Assembly (NCBI GenBank): GCA_025603075.1
Contig: MU626301.1
Location: 64,315 to 128,314, forward strand
DNA: 64,000 bases
Direction: 5' to 3'
Origin: Neoconidiobolus thromboides FSU 785
Lineage: Eukaryota; Fungi; Entomophthoromycota
A program made the translations under genes and the position numbers. This document shows, piece after piece, positions 26,159 to 40,500 of this stretch. The notes under the pieces are model-generated. The model was not told the DNA's origin. It made no database searches and was given only the letters and a program-made list of their open reading frames with translations. Each line of letters opens with the position of its first letter. Within the stretch, counting starts at the first letter, position 1.

Positions 26159-26542
26159 TTATTAAAAAGTTTGTTCTTTTATTTATTAAACTACGTTAGT
26201 ATCTGTCCACCTATATATATTGTTTTCCACATATCATTAGAAGTATTATTATTGCTATTAACTAAAAAAAACTAACATAATGAGCTAAATTTAAATATGA
26301 CAATATGGTCATAAATATTTAAATTTTACAATTTTTATCAAATTTAGCCGCTATATTTATAATTTATGGAAACAAATTTGATCTATTTTTAAATATTTTA
26401 TAATAGTTTAACTAGCTATTATTTCCTTTTTGTTCTAAATTAAAATACAACAAATTTAATCAATTTAATAAAAGATACGTATAAAACACATGTCAAAACA
26501 GATTAAAAATAACTTCAAATAACAAATTCTTAAAATAAAACA

Positions 26543-26648
26543 ACATGGGAATGTTTTTTTTGACTTCATTATTTTTCCATTTTTTAAGCGCTATTTAAGC
26601 AGAAAATTTGCCAGTAAAATTCTTAAACACAAAAATACATCCCCATAT
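26543..26648 (-). mobile_element. MITE-like element, copy 7
   Basis: Reverse-complement copy ending AAAAATACATCCCCATAT; closely similar to copies 6, 8 and 10. Confidence 0.8.
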
Positions 26649-27094
26649 GATTATAATTTACAAATAGTATAACAAGAGTTATAGCAACTATAGTTATCAA
26701 AAAAGACGCTTTTCGAAAACACAATAAAAAATTATGATCAAATAATGCAAAAATACATATACTCATTAGATTATTGTATAGTTATATTATTGTCTGATTT
26801 TGCTTTTAATATTATTAGTTAGATTTCTAGAACTATAAACTTTTATAATTTTGTAAAAATAAATGTAACTTTAATTTTTATGAGTTTCAAAAATTAATTT
26901 TTTATCTGACATATATACATCTAAGATGTTTAAAAGTAAATAACATATTGATTTTTTTGTTTTCTTTGTTTTCTTTACAAAATTATATTACTATTTTTAG
27001 AAGTAGGATTGTTCTTAGAGCAATATCCCATAAATTAACAAAATCATTAAGTCCGAAATTAAATTATAAAAATATTAGTTATTAATTTAATAAA

Positions 27095-27906
27095 ATGCCA
27101 AAATCAAGACGTTCCAAAGTTGGTAAGTAAACAGTTAGAAGATGAAATATAATAGCTAACTTGTAGTGAATAGTTTCATTGACCCAAGTCAAACCTGGAA
27201 CAAGAAAAGACAAAGAAGAGCTTATTGAAGTGGTAATATTTTTTTAAAATAGTAATGATTTGTATTAAAGTTTTAACTAGATTGAAGAATGTATCAATAA
27301 TTATTCTTATATTTATATTTTCAAAGTTGAGAATATGCGTAACAGTTACTTGAAAGAAGTTCGTGAAGCCTTAAAACCTGGTCGTATATTTTTAGGAAAA
27401 AATAAAATTATGCAAAAAGCTTTAGGACAAACTGAGAGTGATGCTAAGAAATTAAACTTGGATAAATTTTCAAAGGTATTGCTCTATTTAATAGATATTA
27501 AACTTTATTTAACAAAAACTAGTTACTTGAAGGTGAATGTGGATTATTATTTACTGAAGCTAAACCAGAAGAGATCACTGCTTATTTTAAAGAATTTAGA
27601 AAAGCTGATTATGCTCGTCATGGCTTTATTGCTGATAAAGAAGTCAAATTACCAGCTGGTATATTATACCGTGGAGATGATACATTTCCACATAACATGG
27701 AGCCCCTTTTACGTGGATTAGGCTTAAATACCCATATTGAACGTGGTAATGTGTGTATTTCAAATGAACATACAATTTGTAAGCCTGGAGATAAGCTTAC
27801 TGTACAACAAGCTGATTTACTTAAACATTTTTATCACCAATTTGCCGAGTTTCATATCGTTCCTCAATATTATTACCATGAAGGAGCTGTTACTAAAATT
27901 GAATAG
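27095..27906 (+). CDS. MRT4: Ribosome assembly factor Mrt4 (spliced)
   Basis: MPKSRRSKVVSLTQVK..., VENMRNSYLKEVREAL, IFLGKNKIMQKALG, ICKPGDKLTVQQADLLKHF. Confidence 0.95.
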
Positions 27907-28227
27907 AGATAATATGACTTTCTAAGTGATATCAAAATACAGTATAGAAGTATACTTTTAATTCGTTGAACAATCTTTTCCATAAAATATAAAGCATATT
28001 TATAGATTTTTAAAATAAAATAATGAATTTATAGTACTAATTAATTATTTGAAGTATTTTTATGTATATTTATAAAGTAATTTAAAATAAATTTGTAAAC
28101 TAACTCTAAATTATTTTCGCTTACTCTTTACTTGAACTTTTATTTTACTATGGTTCTACTCCCATTAAATACTCCAAATCCACTTCTCTCAAATTTTCCT
28201 TTATCCTTTGATCTTCTGGTGCTTCCA

Positions 28228-28857
28228 TCAATTCATCGATATTACATCTAAAATCAGTAAATACTGGAAACGCACGGAATAAAACTTTAGCTTTAATCAA
28301 ACCCATTGGCAATGGCCCATAGACTCTAGAATCGGTAGAATTGGTGCCATTATCTCCTTGTACCCAAACTCTGCCTTTTGGTAACTTTATGGATATTATT
28401 AATTTTGATGAAAATAATAATGCTTAATTTACTTTTAAATATTCCCTATACTCTGGTGGCGAAGTTGGATTTATACATATTGTATTACCAGGCTATTTAT
28501 ATTTTTATATTATTAAAATTTAAACTGCATTTATGATATTACATACCATCCCTATTATTCTTTTACATGCAGTAATATGTGGATCAGCAGGGGAGGTGAA
28601 CACAATCAAATCTCCAATGCTCAGTTTTTGTATTCTTGGGCTAATTTTATCTAATAAAAGGTAGTCACCATAAATGTTTAAGGTTGGTAACATTGATGGA
28701 CCATAACACTAATTTTTAATTATTATTATTATAAAACGATAGTGATTACCTCTCCTAGTTCATAAAAATTTGAATTGTAAATATGCGCAAAACAACCAAT
28801 TTGTATTATCTTTGGTACGTAATACTTTATCAACCCAATACTTTTTCGAAATACCAT
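28228..28857 (-). CDS. IMP1: Mitochondrial inner-membrane peptidase Imp1 (S26), 3' end uncertain
   Basis: GPSMLPTLN, ACKRIIG, IPKGRVWVQGDNGTNSTDSRVYGPLPMGLI. Confidence 0.85.
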
Positions 28858-28977
28858 TACTAACTTTGTTTCGTATTTTTATAACTAAATCTATTTTTTA
28901 TTGCAAAATAAAATGCAAAAACTAGTTTAAATAGTCGAAATTTCAAACTTCAACTTGATTATCTTTATAGAAATAAA

Positions 28978-29943
28978 ATGAGTTATATTAGAAATACTAA
29001 AGGATTGTTGTTAAATGGCTATAGAAACAATTTAAACAAAAGTTTGAACATTTTGAATATAAAAAATGTTGCATCATGTAATGCTATATTAAATAAGCAA
29101 CCTACACGCTTATTTTCTAGTGCTCCTATTGCTTATGCACAACAACCTACACGTTTTATTGTACAAGACTTTGGGGTTTTTGGTAAATTCGATATTCTTT
29201 TAGCAAAACAAGTAACTAATTTTAAAGACGATTATATCCCTATACCAAAAAATGAAAAGCCTTCATTGATGACACCAGAAGGTCGTAAACTTTTTTTGAA
29301 GAACATGAGATTTTCAATGGGAAATTTATTTGGGTATGTATTAAATTCTACTTAGTAGTTTATGCTAATGTTTTTATTAGTGTTGGTTTAGTTAAAATGA
29401 GTGTTAAAGGATGGAAACCAAAAGTATTTGCTGAGGAAGCAGAGCTTCTATATAAAGCAATGAATGAAGCATATGCAAAGTAACATACTATTATATTTAT
29501 TAGATGATAACTAATTGTTATATTAGAGGTGATCTTGAAACTTTACAAGTAATTTCTACTCCAACTTATTTCCAAGTAAGCATATGTTAGTTGCTATTTA
29601 AAAAACTTTTTTAATAATTAAATAGAAAATGAAATCGGAAATCAAAGGAAGAACAGGGAGATTTGAATGGAATTTAGAAAAGCGCATAGAAGATCCAAGG
29701 GTTATATCAGTAAGAGTAGGCCGTATCGCTGATGGATTAACTTTAAGCCAAGTAGTTGTTAAAATTAGCAACCAACAAAGTTTATCAGCATTTGATAAAA
29801 GGGGTAAAAAGGTAGGATCTCAAGAGCAAAATGTAGAAGAGTATGTAGTGTTTCAACGTATGATTTCTAGCCCTGATTCCAACTGGCAGCTTTATGGTAA
29901 AGTTATACCAAAACCTTTAAATCAACTTCTGATCAAGAAATAA
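28978..29943 (+). CDS. MBA1: Mitochondrial Tim44-like domain protein (Mba1/mL45-type, spliced)
   Basis: Presequence-like N-terminus; LYKAMNEAYAKGDLETL, QVVVKISNQQSL, VEEYVVFQRM...WQLYGKV. Confidence 0.7.
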
Positions 29944-30119
29944 TTGAATAAACTTTTAAATGATTAGAATTTGAAAAATTATCGTTTTAGACTATACTTT
30001 AGTTCATTGAAATAAAATTTAATAAATTGTTAAAATTGTCAAAATTGTTAAATAAAATAAAATAAAATAGACGTTGTATTTGTATGGTTATATTTTAGTT
30101 AAATTCCTAGTTGAATTAT

Positions 30120-30434
30120 TCAATCTTCATAACCGGAAGGAAAACTACGAGCATGTTTAGGAACTAATTAAAAATTAAAAATTGGTTTTAAAGTAATGGT
30201 AATGTTTCTTTACGTGGATAAGATGTAGGAATATCAGCTGGCTTTTTATGACCTAATACATTGCGACGAAATGATGGTACAGTAACAACTGCTATTGGAC
30301 CTATTTTAACAAAGAAATGAGCTTGTTTTTATATTTTTATTCCCTTTAGTATTACCAACTGCTGCCAAAGCTAATGATGTAAAGTAAACTGGATACTCTA
30401 AAGCGTAATATTTTATTACTCTACCAATACTCAT
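30120..30434 (-). CDS. Complex I 9.5-kDa subunit (NDUFA3/B9-like, spliced)
   Basis: MSIGRVIKYYALEYPVYFTSLALAAVGPIAVVTVPSFRRNVLGHKKPADIPTSYP...HARSFPSGYED*, after removing two introns. Confidence 0.75.
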
Positions 30435-31595
30435 TTTTTATAAAAAATTAAATAAATCTAATCTTCAATTGAAACTTAACTACTCATTAGTTAGTAGTTA
30501 AAATAAAAAAATGTATTTTGATTAGTTATAAAAATATCTATATTGACTATGATTGGTTATTAAACAAAAGTGATTTCTGTTATTTACTATGAGCCCTTAT
30601 TTAACAACTTAGCATTCAGCTCGAAAATAACAACTATAATATTGAATAAAGAATAACTAAATTAAAAATATATTAAAAAATATAGTATTAGTATTACTTT
30701 TACTAGAACTACTGTTTTTATACTAGACTTTAAAAATCCATAACTATTTTTGATTACAAAAATATAATGGAACTATACCTTGGCTATTAAATGTGTCAAT
30801 ATTAATGTATGTCTATTAGAACTTAGATGTTGACCTCAGTTATTTTTCCAAAAAACCTAACTTATAGTTTAAAAGAGTATACAGGGTCAAAATATTTTAT
30901 TAGTTTCATATAGAAAAGAACACAATGTAATGGGAAATGTATAAAAAAAATTGATGAAAAAACAATAAAAATAAGCTATATTAGTAAAGTATTATAATAT
31001 GAGAAAAAACTATTTTTGATAAATAAAAAAGGAAGAAAGAAACTACAATAATATTAGTATTGTGAAGCGTGATTGCATTTTGAACACTTTCTTTTATAGA
31101 GTAGCTCAAGTAGTGTTGTTGAAAATATAAATATATACATACATTGTTTCAGTTAATGATGATTTCCTAAAAAACACCTTATATTCCGAAAATAATTTGA
31201 GAGCTGTTGTAATGAAGTGGGTACACTTAGGAGGGATAGTTCTAGAGCTATAAAATAAGGCAAGGTTGCATAGAGTTAACTTTTGACTCAGTAGAGTATA
31301 ATTTTTTTGAATACTCAATAACTTTAGTGAATATGGAGGGATCAAGATATTCAGATGAGAGTTAATTGATTAAAATCATGTTAAATAAAAGACGAGTTTT
31401 AAAACAGTTGTGGATAATACAAAGAAAACTAACTAACTTTAATAGATATATTTATTTCTAGTTTTCACAGTTAGCTATTTCTAGTAAAATATTTGATGTT
31501 ATAGGTTAATAATAAATTTTAAAAAGACCAGATTATTAATTTGACATAAGCACAAAGTGTACAATCTACCTTTTTATTTAAAAAGAATATATGCT

Positions 31596-32530
31596 TTAAT
31601 TATCTTTTTTGCTATCTGCTAAATATTTTGATCTTTGTTTGATCATATATGTATATAACTGGATAAATCCTAATAAATGAATGAGTGATTATAGCTTAAA
31701 ATATAACAGAGTATTTACCAAAGGGATAAAAGCACAAAATAGCGAGTAATGCGTAATATAATGGAAGAGAAATATCTTTGATTACTAGGCGAGCTTGGTA
31801 TGCAACTATCACTTCACTGCTAGCTCCAATAGGATAAAGTACATAGAAGAAAGTATATCTAATTAAAACAGTTGAATAGTTAGATCAAAAAAAAATATAC
31901 AGTTTATATAACTACCTGCACCATTCAAGGACACCCGGAATATAGCCAATTAATCCAAAAAAGTAGTACAAATAACGGATGACTTCGGTAATACACCACG
32001 CTAAAGTCATTGAAGTAAGTGCCCAGTGCTCAGTAACCTAACCATATTAATTGTTTTTTAATATCTTTATACAAGTCATTTACCTCTTTAATAGGGAAAA
32101 AATAAACGATGCCAACAGCTAATAATAAGCGAGAGAATACTTGCATAATAGTAGTAAGTAATGGGGAGCGCACGAAACCTACTTTAGATTAGATCTTTGT
32201 CATTTTTACACTATTATAAATGTTTACGGAATAAAGAATGGAAAATCTAAAGATAAATTAAATGAGATAAAAAGTAAGGAAATAATAAATTACTTCTAAT
32301 ATTGCTAAAGATTGTACAATAGGCAAATCGACCGCTGCATTAGCGTAAGTTTTTTTGAAATCACCTTTATTCTTTATGAGTGAGTTAACGGTATTGAATA
32401 AAACAATCCCCCATAAAGTTGCGCATATTATATTATATGATATAAGGTAAAGCCTAATTAAGAAGTTTGGACCTCTTTTTACTTTTTTAATTTTACTTGA
32501 TTGTGATCGCTTTTGTATTTTAGTAGCCAT
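31596..32530 (-). CDS. PHS1: Very-long-chain 3-hydroxyacyl-CoA dehydratase (spliced)
   Basis: LYLISYNIICATLW, VQSLAILE, TTIMQVFSR, AWCITEVIRYLYY, FYVLYPIGASSE, YTYMIKQRSKYL. Confidence 0.9.
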
Positions 32531-32905
32531 TCTTTGATTAAAAGATGAAATATACGTAGTTTTGATTTTTCGATTTTGTAATTATATTTTATCCAATAAA
32601 AATTTAACATTTTATATATTTGAATTTTAGATAACAAAAGTCCTTGATGACATTAGAAAATCGGAGTTTCTATTTTAGATTTATTTCCCTATCTACACTT
32701 TTAAAATGTTATGGATATGTGTATATTAAAATATATATGTTCATGTACTTATTATAAATTCAAAATTGGAACAACTAGTCTGCATATAAGAGACTAATAG
32801 ACAAAGAATAAATGTTCATGGCATAATTTAACAAACATTCTTGTATTTATCATCTTCAGGAGTAAAAATTTTAGTGTCTAAATAAAATAAATTTGAAATA
32901 TTATC

Positions 32906-33011
32906 ATATGGGGATGTATTTTTGTGTCTAAGAATTTTACTGACAAATTTTCTGCTTAAATAGCGCTTAAAAAATGGAAAAATAATGAAGTCAAAAAAAA
33001 CACTCCCATAT
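32906..33011 (+). mobile_element. MITE-like element, copy 8 (best consensus copy)
   Basis: ATAT-GGGGATGTATTTTTGTG...GAAGTCAAAAAAAACACTCCC-ATAT. Confidence 0.85.
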
Positions 33012-33596
33012 TTAAGTTTACAATTTATTTTTTTCTAATAATTATTGTAAGTCAGTATTAAAAGTTTGTTAAATTGGAGATTAGAAATATTATGCTCACT
33101 AATAATGAAAACATAAAAAAATGACTTTGAAGTAAAAATCTTCTGTCTTCTAAAATGATTTTTGTTGTGGTACGTTTTATTACAGTATTAGACAAACTAT
33201 TAAGCTTCAAGTATAATTTATATCGTTATTAGCACATTAAAAATAATTAGATCAACAGTATATTCATATACTTATATAATAAAAAATTTTAATAGAAAAT
33301 CTCCAAAGCTTTTACTATTTTTTCTAATATTAATATTTCTTTATCAAAAAGAGTCATATATACAAGCACATTTTATAGAGAAATATAGTGAATGATATGA
33401 TTATTTCTAGATCATGATAGATATTCAGTGTATATTTTGTAGCTAATTTATTAAATAGTAGATATAGTTATATTAACATTTAGTATATTTTTGATGTTCT
33501 TTAATTATAATGTTAGTTAATTGGTGCAAACTAAATTTATAGATTTAAAATTCAAAACGTAATTCAAAAAATCAACTTTTAATTCAATTAAAAACA

Positions 33597-34217
33597 ATGG
33601 GAAATTCACAATCTTTGACCATAGATGACATGGTGAGCTCTTCTAACTGTAAATATGTTTTTACGCTTTTTATTTTATATTCTAATAGAATGATTTATAG
33701 TTACTGCAGAAGAGATTACTAGGCTTTATAAAAGATTCAATAAATTAGATAAAGATGGCTCTGGAGCTATTGATAAAGACGAGTTTCTTTCAATACCACA
33801 AATAGCTTCAAATCCATTAGCTGCAAGGCTTATTGATATCTTTGATGAAGATAATGGTGGTGATGTTGATTTTCAAGAGTTTATTAATGGTGTTTCTACT
33901 TTTTCTGCAAGAGGAAATAAGGAAGAGAAGCTTAAGTGTAATAATTAGATTATGTTTGTTAAAAATCATTAATTTTTTTAGTTGCTTTTAAGGTTTATGA
34001 TATGGATAGAGATGGGTTTATTTCAAACGGCGAATTATTTTTAGTCCTTAAAATGATGGTAGGGAACAATTTAAAAGAAGAACAATTGCAGCAAATTGTT
34101 GATAAAACTATCATGGAAGCTGATAAAGATGGGGATAATAAGATATCCTTTGAAGAGTTCTGTTCTTTTGTTGAAAAAACTGATGTTGCTAAACAACTAA
34201 CTTTACATGATATATAA
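33597..34217 (+). CDS. CNB1: Calcineurin regulatory subunit B (spliced)
   Basis: MGNSQS myristoylation start; [60 protein letters not shown]. Confidence 0.97.
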
Positions 34218-34596
34218 ATTTGGTTTATTTAAATGAAGTTTTATTTTCTATTTTTTTTAATATAAATTTTCAATATTTTTGTAAAAATTGTTTAATTGTG
34301 CTATTATTTTTATTAATTTTAATATACAATTGAGGTTTAAAGTTTTCATATTACTAATAAGTAAAAGTGCTTTTAGATTCTATCATATGATATTCCATTA
34401 AACTATAAATTATATAAAGAAATGAATGTTAGTACTAGGTGTGTTTTATTTCAATATTTGCAGTAGATTTTTTTAAGTTTAAATACCTAACTCTTGACAA
34501 AATAGTTGATAGTTTATTCATAATTATCCTTGTTTTATTGAAGTTAAATTATAAATTTATAGCTTTCAATTTTTGAACGTAATTTTTTTTAATAAA

Positions 34597-37500
34597 ATGA
34601 ATTTTTTATACAACACATTTGTGGCACCGGAAATTCCTGAAGAGCAAAGCGGCGCAAACACGATTTACAAGTTAAGGGATAGGTTAGAATTAGAGACTGC
34701 ATCTACTGACAGAAGATCAACGGTTCAAGCGCTTAAAGCCTTATCAAATGATTACAAAGAGGTATTGTAAAATATAAAAAAAATAACATTAAATTAATTT
34801 TAAAATATCAGCTTGTTGGTGAGCAGTGTTTGAATCTACTAACAGCATTGTTTATTGAAGAAAAAGATGACACAACTTTAGTAAATTATTATCTTGAGAC
34901 TTTCGAAAACTTGTTCAATGTAGAGAAAGTGGTACTTTTATTTTTTTAAAATTTTTTACAAGCTTATAATTCAAGGGAGATAAAGAAGATTTAGGATACA
35001 TCTTTGGTGCTCAGTTTGCTAAGGTACTTATAAATTTTCAAATAAAATTAATGTTTACTAATTCATATCCTAAGAATAATGGTGCATTAAATAAGCTTTT
35101 TGAATGCTTAAGTAGTTCTGATTTTTATTTGAGATATAACGGAATAAGAGTAGTACAATTGCTTAAGAGTTCTGCGTCTGGATATGTTCAATCAGGATTA
35201 CTTACTAACCCACTTGCTTTGGCAAGTATTGTAGATTTGTTAGATGATGAAAGAGAGATCATTAGAAATGAAGGATTATTGGTATTAATTGCACTGACCG
35301 AAAGCAACATGGAAATCCAAAAAATCATGGCTTTCCAAAATGTATTTGAAAAAGTTTTGGATACTATAGAGATGGAGAATGGGATAGATGGTGGAATTAT
35401 TGTTCAAGATTGTTTGTTTTTGATTTTAAATTTACTGAATGATAATTTATCAAACCAAAACTTTTTTCGTGAATCAAGCTATATCCCACGTCTTTTAAAA
35501 TTGTTGATCCCATTAACGGAGCAATTTAGTCCAAACGATTGGCAAGATCCTCAGAGAGTCAATAATATATTGAAGCTTTCTGATTTGATAAGAGTCCTGA
35601 CTAAACCGAATGCCACTCATACAAAAGATAACCAAAATGCATTAGTCCGAAGTGGTTTTCTTGATATTTTAATACAAATCATTACGCTCCCAGTATTACC
35701 ACGAATACTACATGCTCATTTTTTATTTTGTGTCGGGAATATAATTCGCGATAATCGGAATAATCAAGACAAATTCATATCAATAACTTTGAAAAATGAG
35801 GAGTCTCTTCATCATGAGCCTTTTATAATTCATTTAGTATCTTTAGCTGTTGAAGATGATGTAGACGATATTGTTAGAATTGGTGCCACATTTGCGTTCC
35901 AAGTAGATTAGATAGTATTTCAATTGAATTACATTAATATCTTTAATAGGCCTATCTATTTAATAATCCAGATGCACAGTTAGCGTTAGCCTCTACGTTA
36001 CGACCCCCACCCTCTCTTACTCCAGGTAAGGCAAATTGTTTTCTATTAGAGTAAGTAATACCTTTTTTTAGAGTTTGAGCAACCAAAATCTCCTGGAAGT
36101 ATTTTAATACATTCCTTTTTTGATGACATGGAAGATATTGAAGCTGAAGAATCTATTTCTAATCAAAATATTCAACAAAGCCAAATTCGCCCCTGGCTCG
36201 CTTCTTTGATGCTTACAAGTATTCTTCATTCAAATCCTGCATGTAAAAGCTTAGCTCTCAAAATCCAACTTGCAAGCCCAGATGGTAAATTCAAGTTGAT
36301 TTTAAAATAAATCTAACAATTCAATCAAAGGTCCCGTTAGTTTAATAAATTACGTAGCCCAAAAGTTTATATCATTGGCTGATACTCAAATTGAAAATAT
36401 CATCCCTCAACAAAAACAGATTTCGCATCCCCATTCTCAGCTTTGTTCGGGTTATTTATCTCTTTTAGCTACTTGGTTGCACGATCACTCTCCCTCTGTT
36501 TCTGAGTTTTTAGCACAAAGCGCAAGTATCCAATACGTAATTTTATTTAATGAAATGTTTTTTGAATTTATACTAATAGGTATTTAGTTATTTGAAATCC
36601 TACAGCCTGGTTCATCAATTGGGGCTGATCCTTTGATAAAAGGTTTATCTTCTTTTGTTATTACAATACTTTATCAATTCAATGATGATAATACTTCCCC
36701 ATTTGCATCGTATGCTTTTTTTACGTTTTTTAAAGTAACTGTTCATTAATTATCTATAGCAAGATCCTTCGCACCTTTATTTTAAAAAGAGTAGGCTCTG
36801 ATCAGATCTTTAATGCTGCCTCCAAAATTAGAAGTACACCAAGCTTCCGAGATGTCCACCCTTGGTATGAATTTCCTGAAACCTATAGTTTAGAATCAAC
36901 CCCTTCACTTGATCAATATAAATTAGATTACTCTTTTGTAGAGTTCTTTAAGCAGCAGTTTGGTAATTTAATCATTCGATTTAACTTAAAACATTAATTG
37001 CCCATAACTCTTTACTAAAAAGTTTAATTTAGAATCTGCTCAAGGGGCACTACTTGATGACAAAAAGGTTGACTACGCTAAGAAAGGTAAATTTATACTT
37101 ATATCTAAGAGTGCTAGACTAATTTTGTTCAACAGTTGATACTACTCTTACTACTGGTGACAATGTACTTTTGAAAGACAAAGATAAAGAACTACAAAAT
37201 AAAGATGAGGCTGCTGCAAAACTAGAGGCTAAAATACAAGAATTAGAAAGCCTATTAAAAAAACAAGCAACTGAGAGCGAAAAGGCGATCAAGGCTAAAG
37301 AAAATATATTGTTGGAAAAAGAAAAAATAATTTCAGAAAAATCCAAAGAAATTTCCGATAAGGATTCATTATTAATATCAAAAGAGGCTGAACTTTCTGT
37401 AATTAAAGATCAAGCCAAATCTCAATTGACTAGTAAAGACTCCCAACTCACAGCTATGGAAGCCGAATTATTAGTAGTAAAAAACCATATCAAATCTCAA

Positions 37501-40500
37501 ATAGATCAGAAAGAAAAAGAGATAATAGATAAAAATTTTATAATAAATACTAAAATATCGGAGATTGAAACTTTGAGAAAGCAGGTAAATGAAACAAACA
37601 ACACAATAAGCAAGAACAAAGAAATGATGCAGGAAAAGTTAAATGAATTAAAACTTAAAGAAACGGAGCTTGCTAAAAAAGAGGAAATAATCAAAGAAAA
37701 AGATGCTATGATCCATTCAAGTACACAAAAAAATCATAATAATGAGCAACAAACTTCCAAGAAAGATGAAGTAATTAAATTAAAAGAGGACGAGTTGAAG
37801 GAAAAGAACAAATTGATCCAAGAAAAGGAAGAGTTGATTCAAGCGAAACTTAAAGAATTGGCAAAGAAAGATCAGATAATTTATGAAAAAGATTCTATAA
37901 TAGAATCAAAGAGTAAAGAGAGCATTGGTATTGGCCAACAAATATCCCAAAAAGATAAGGTAATCCAGTCAAAAGAAAAAGAGTTGAGAGAAAAAGATGA
38001 ATTGTTGAAAGAAAAAGAGGACTTAATCCAGGCCAACCTAAAAGAATTGGAAGCTAAGCAAACAGAGATTGTAAAGAAAGATAAAGTAATTGAATCAAAA
38101 AACAAAACGAGCATTGACAATGAACATGAAGTTTCTGAGAAGGATAAGTTGATCCAATCAAAGGGAAGTGAGATAAAAAAGTTAAATGAATTATTGAAAG
38201 AAAAAGAGGAATTGCTTCAAGCTAAATTAAAAGAGTTAGAATTAAAAGAGAATAAATTAGTTGAGAAGGACCTAGTAATTTCTGAAAAGGATACTACAAT
38301 TGAGTCAATAAATAATGAAAGCTTTAATAAAGAACAACAATCTTCTGAAAAAGATAAAATAATTCAATTGAAAGAGAATGAATTAAAAGAAAAAGACCAG
38401 CTAATTCAAACCAAGTTGAAAGAGTTAGAAGCTAAAGAAGCGGATCTAGTTGAGAAAGCATATATTATTTCTGAAAAGGATGCAATAATTGAGTCTAAGA
38501 ACAAAGAAGGCTTCAATACTGGGCAACAAGTATCTCAAAAAGATAGATTAATTCAATTAAAAGAAAAGGAGTTGAGGGAAAAAGATCGATTGTTAAAAGA
38601 AAAGGAAGAGTTAGTACAAGCTAACTTAAAAGAGTTAGAGGTAAAAGAAGCAGAGTTGATAAAGAAAGATGAAATTATTTTTGAGAAGAATGCCATAATT
38701 GACTCAAAAAATAAAGAAGGGCTTGATAGTAAACAGCAATTTTCCCAGAGGGATGAGATAATTCAATTAAAGGAAAATGAACTAAGAGAAAAGAATAAAT
38801 TGTTACAAGAAAAGGAAAACTTGATTCATGCCAAATCAAAAGAGATAGAGATAAAACAAGCCGAATTGGTTAAAAAAGATGAAATAATTTCTGAGAAAGA
38901 TATAGCACTTGAAGCAAAAAATAAAGAGAGTCTTGATAATGAACAGCAAGTATCTAAGAAAGAAGAATTAATTAAATCAAAAGATAAGGAATTGAAAGAG
39001 AAAACTGCTCTATTGAACAAAAAGGAAGAATTAGTTCAGGAGAAGTTGAAAGAATTAAAAGTCAAAGAAGCAGAGCTCATCAAGAAAAATGAAATCATTT
39101 CTGAAAAAGATGCAATAATTGAGTTAAAAGGTAAAGAGAGCCTTAATAACGAACGACAAGTTTCTCAAAAGGATGAGATAATCCAATCAAAGGAAAAGGA
39201 GCTGAGAGAAAAAGATGCGTTATTAAAACAAAAGGAAGAGTTGGTACAAGCTAAATTAAATGAATTGGAGATCAAAGAAACAGAATTAGTTAAGAGGGAT
39301 CAAATTATTTGCGAAAAGGATATAATTATTGAATCAAAAAGCAACGAAACTTTTAATAACAAACAGGAAGCTTCTAAAAAAGATGAGATGATTCAATCAA
39401 AAGAAAATGAGTTGAAACAAAAAGAGGAACTAATTCAAGCCAAAATGAAGGAGTTGGGTGAGAAAGACCAAATAATTTCTGCAAAGAATGCAACAATTGA
39501 GTCAAAATGCAAAGAAAACTTTGATATTGAACAACAAGTTTCCCAGAAGGACAAAACTATCCAATTAAAAGAAAATGAGCTGAGAAAAAAAGAAACATTA
39601 TTAAAAGTAAAGGAAGACTTGATTCAAGCTAAATTGGAGGATTTAGCTAAAAAAGACCAAATAATTGCTGAAAAGGATTCAATAATTGCAGCTAAAGAAA
39701 GTGAAATTTTCACCAATAAGCAACAAGCTTCCAAGAGAGATCAAATTATTCAATCAAAAGAAGACGAGATAATGGAAAAAAACAAATTGTTGGGAGAAAA
39801 AGAGGAAGTAATTCAATCTAAGTTGAAGGATTTAGAAGCTAAGGAATCAGAATTGATAAAGAAAGAAGAATTAATTAAATCAAAAGATAAAATGGTCATT
39901 GACAATGAACAACAGTTATCTAAAAAAGATCAAATAATCCACTTGAAGGAAAATGAGTTGTTACAAAAAAATGAATTGTTGAAAGAAAAAGAAGAGTTGA
40001 TAGAGACCAAGTTAAAAGAGTTAGAAGCCAAGAAAATGGAACTAGTAGAGAAAGACCAAATCATTTCCGAAAAAGAGGTCATAATTGATTCAAAAAATAA
40101 GGAAAATCTTGATTTTAAACAGCAGTCTTCTAAAAAAGATGAATTGATAAAATCAAAAGAAGCTGAATTAAGAGAAAAAAGTAAATTATTAAAGGAAAAA
40201 GAAGACTTGATTCAAGTCAAGGTAGAAGAATTGGCCAAGAAAGATCAAATCATTTTAGATAAAGATTCGATGATTGCAGTCAAAGAGAAGGAGAAACTTA
40301 TTTATGAGCAAAAAGTTTCCCAAATAAGTGAAGTAGTCCAATCAAAGGAGAAAGAGTTAAAGGAAAAAAATAAGTTATTACAAGAAAAAGAAAACTTAAT
40401 TTCAGTCAAATTAGATGAGTTGGAATCCAAAGAAGCCGAATTAATTAAGAAAGATCAATTTATTTCTGAAAGAAATGCCATAATTGAATCAACGAGGAAT

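Noticed and set aside
31100-31440. TAGCTCAAG tRNA-like start, and a stop-riddled coding-like frame
   Set aside because: No T-arm or acceptor stem follows, and the stop density is consistent with random sequence.
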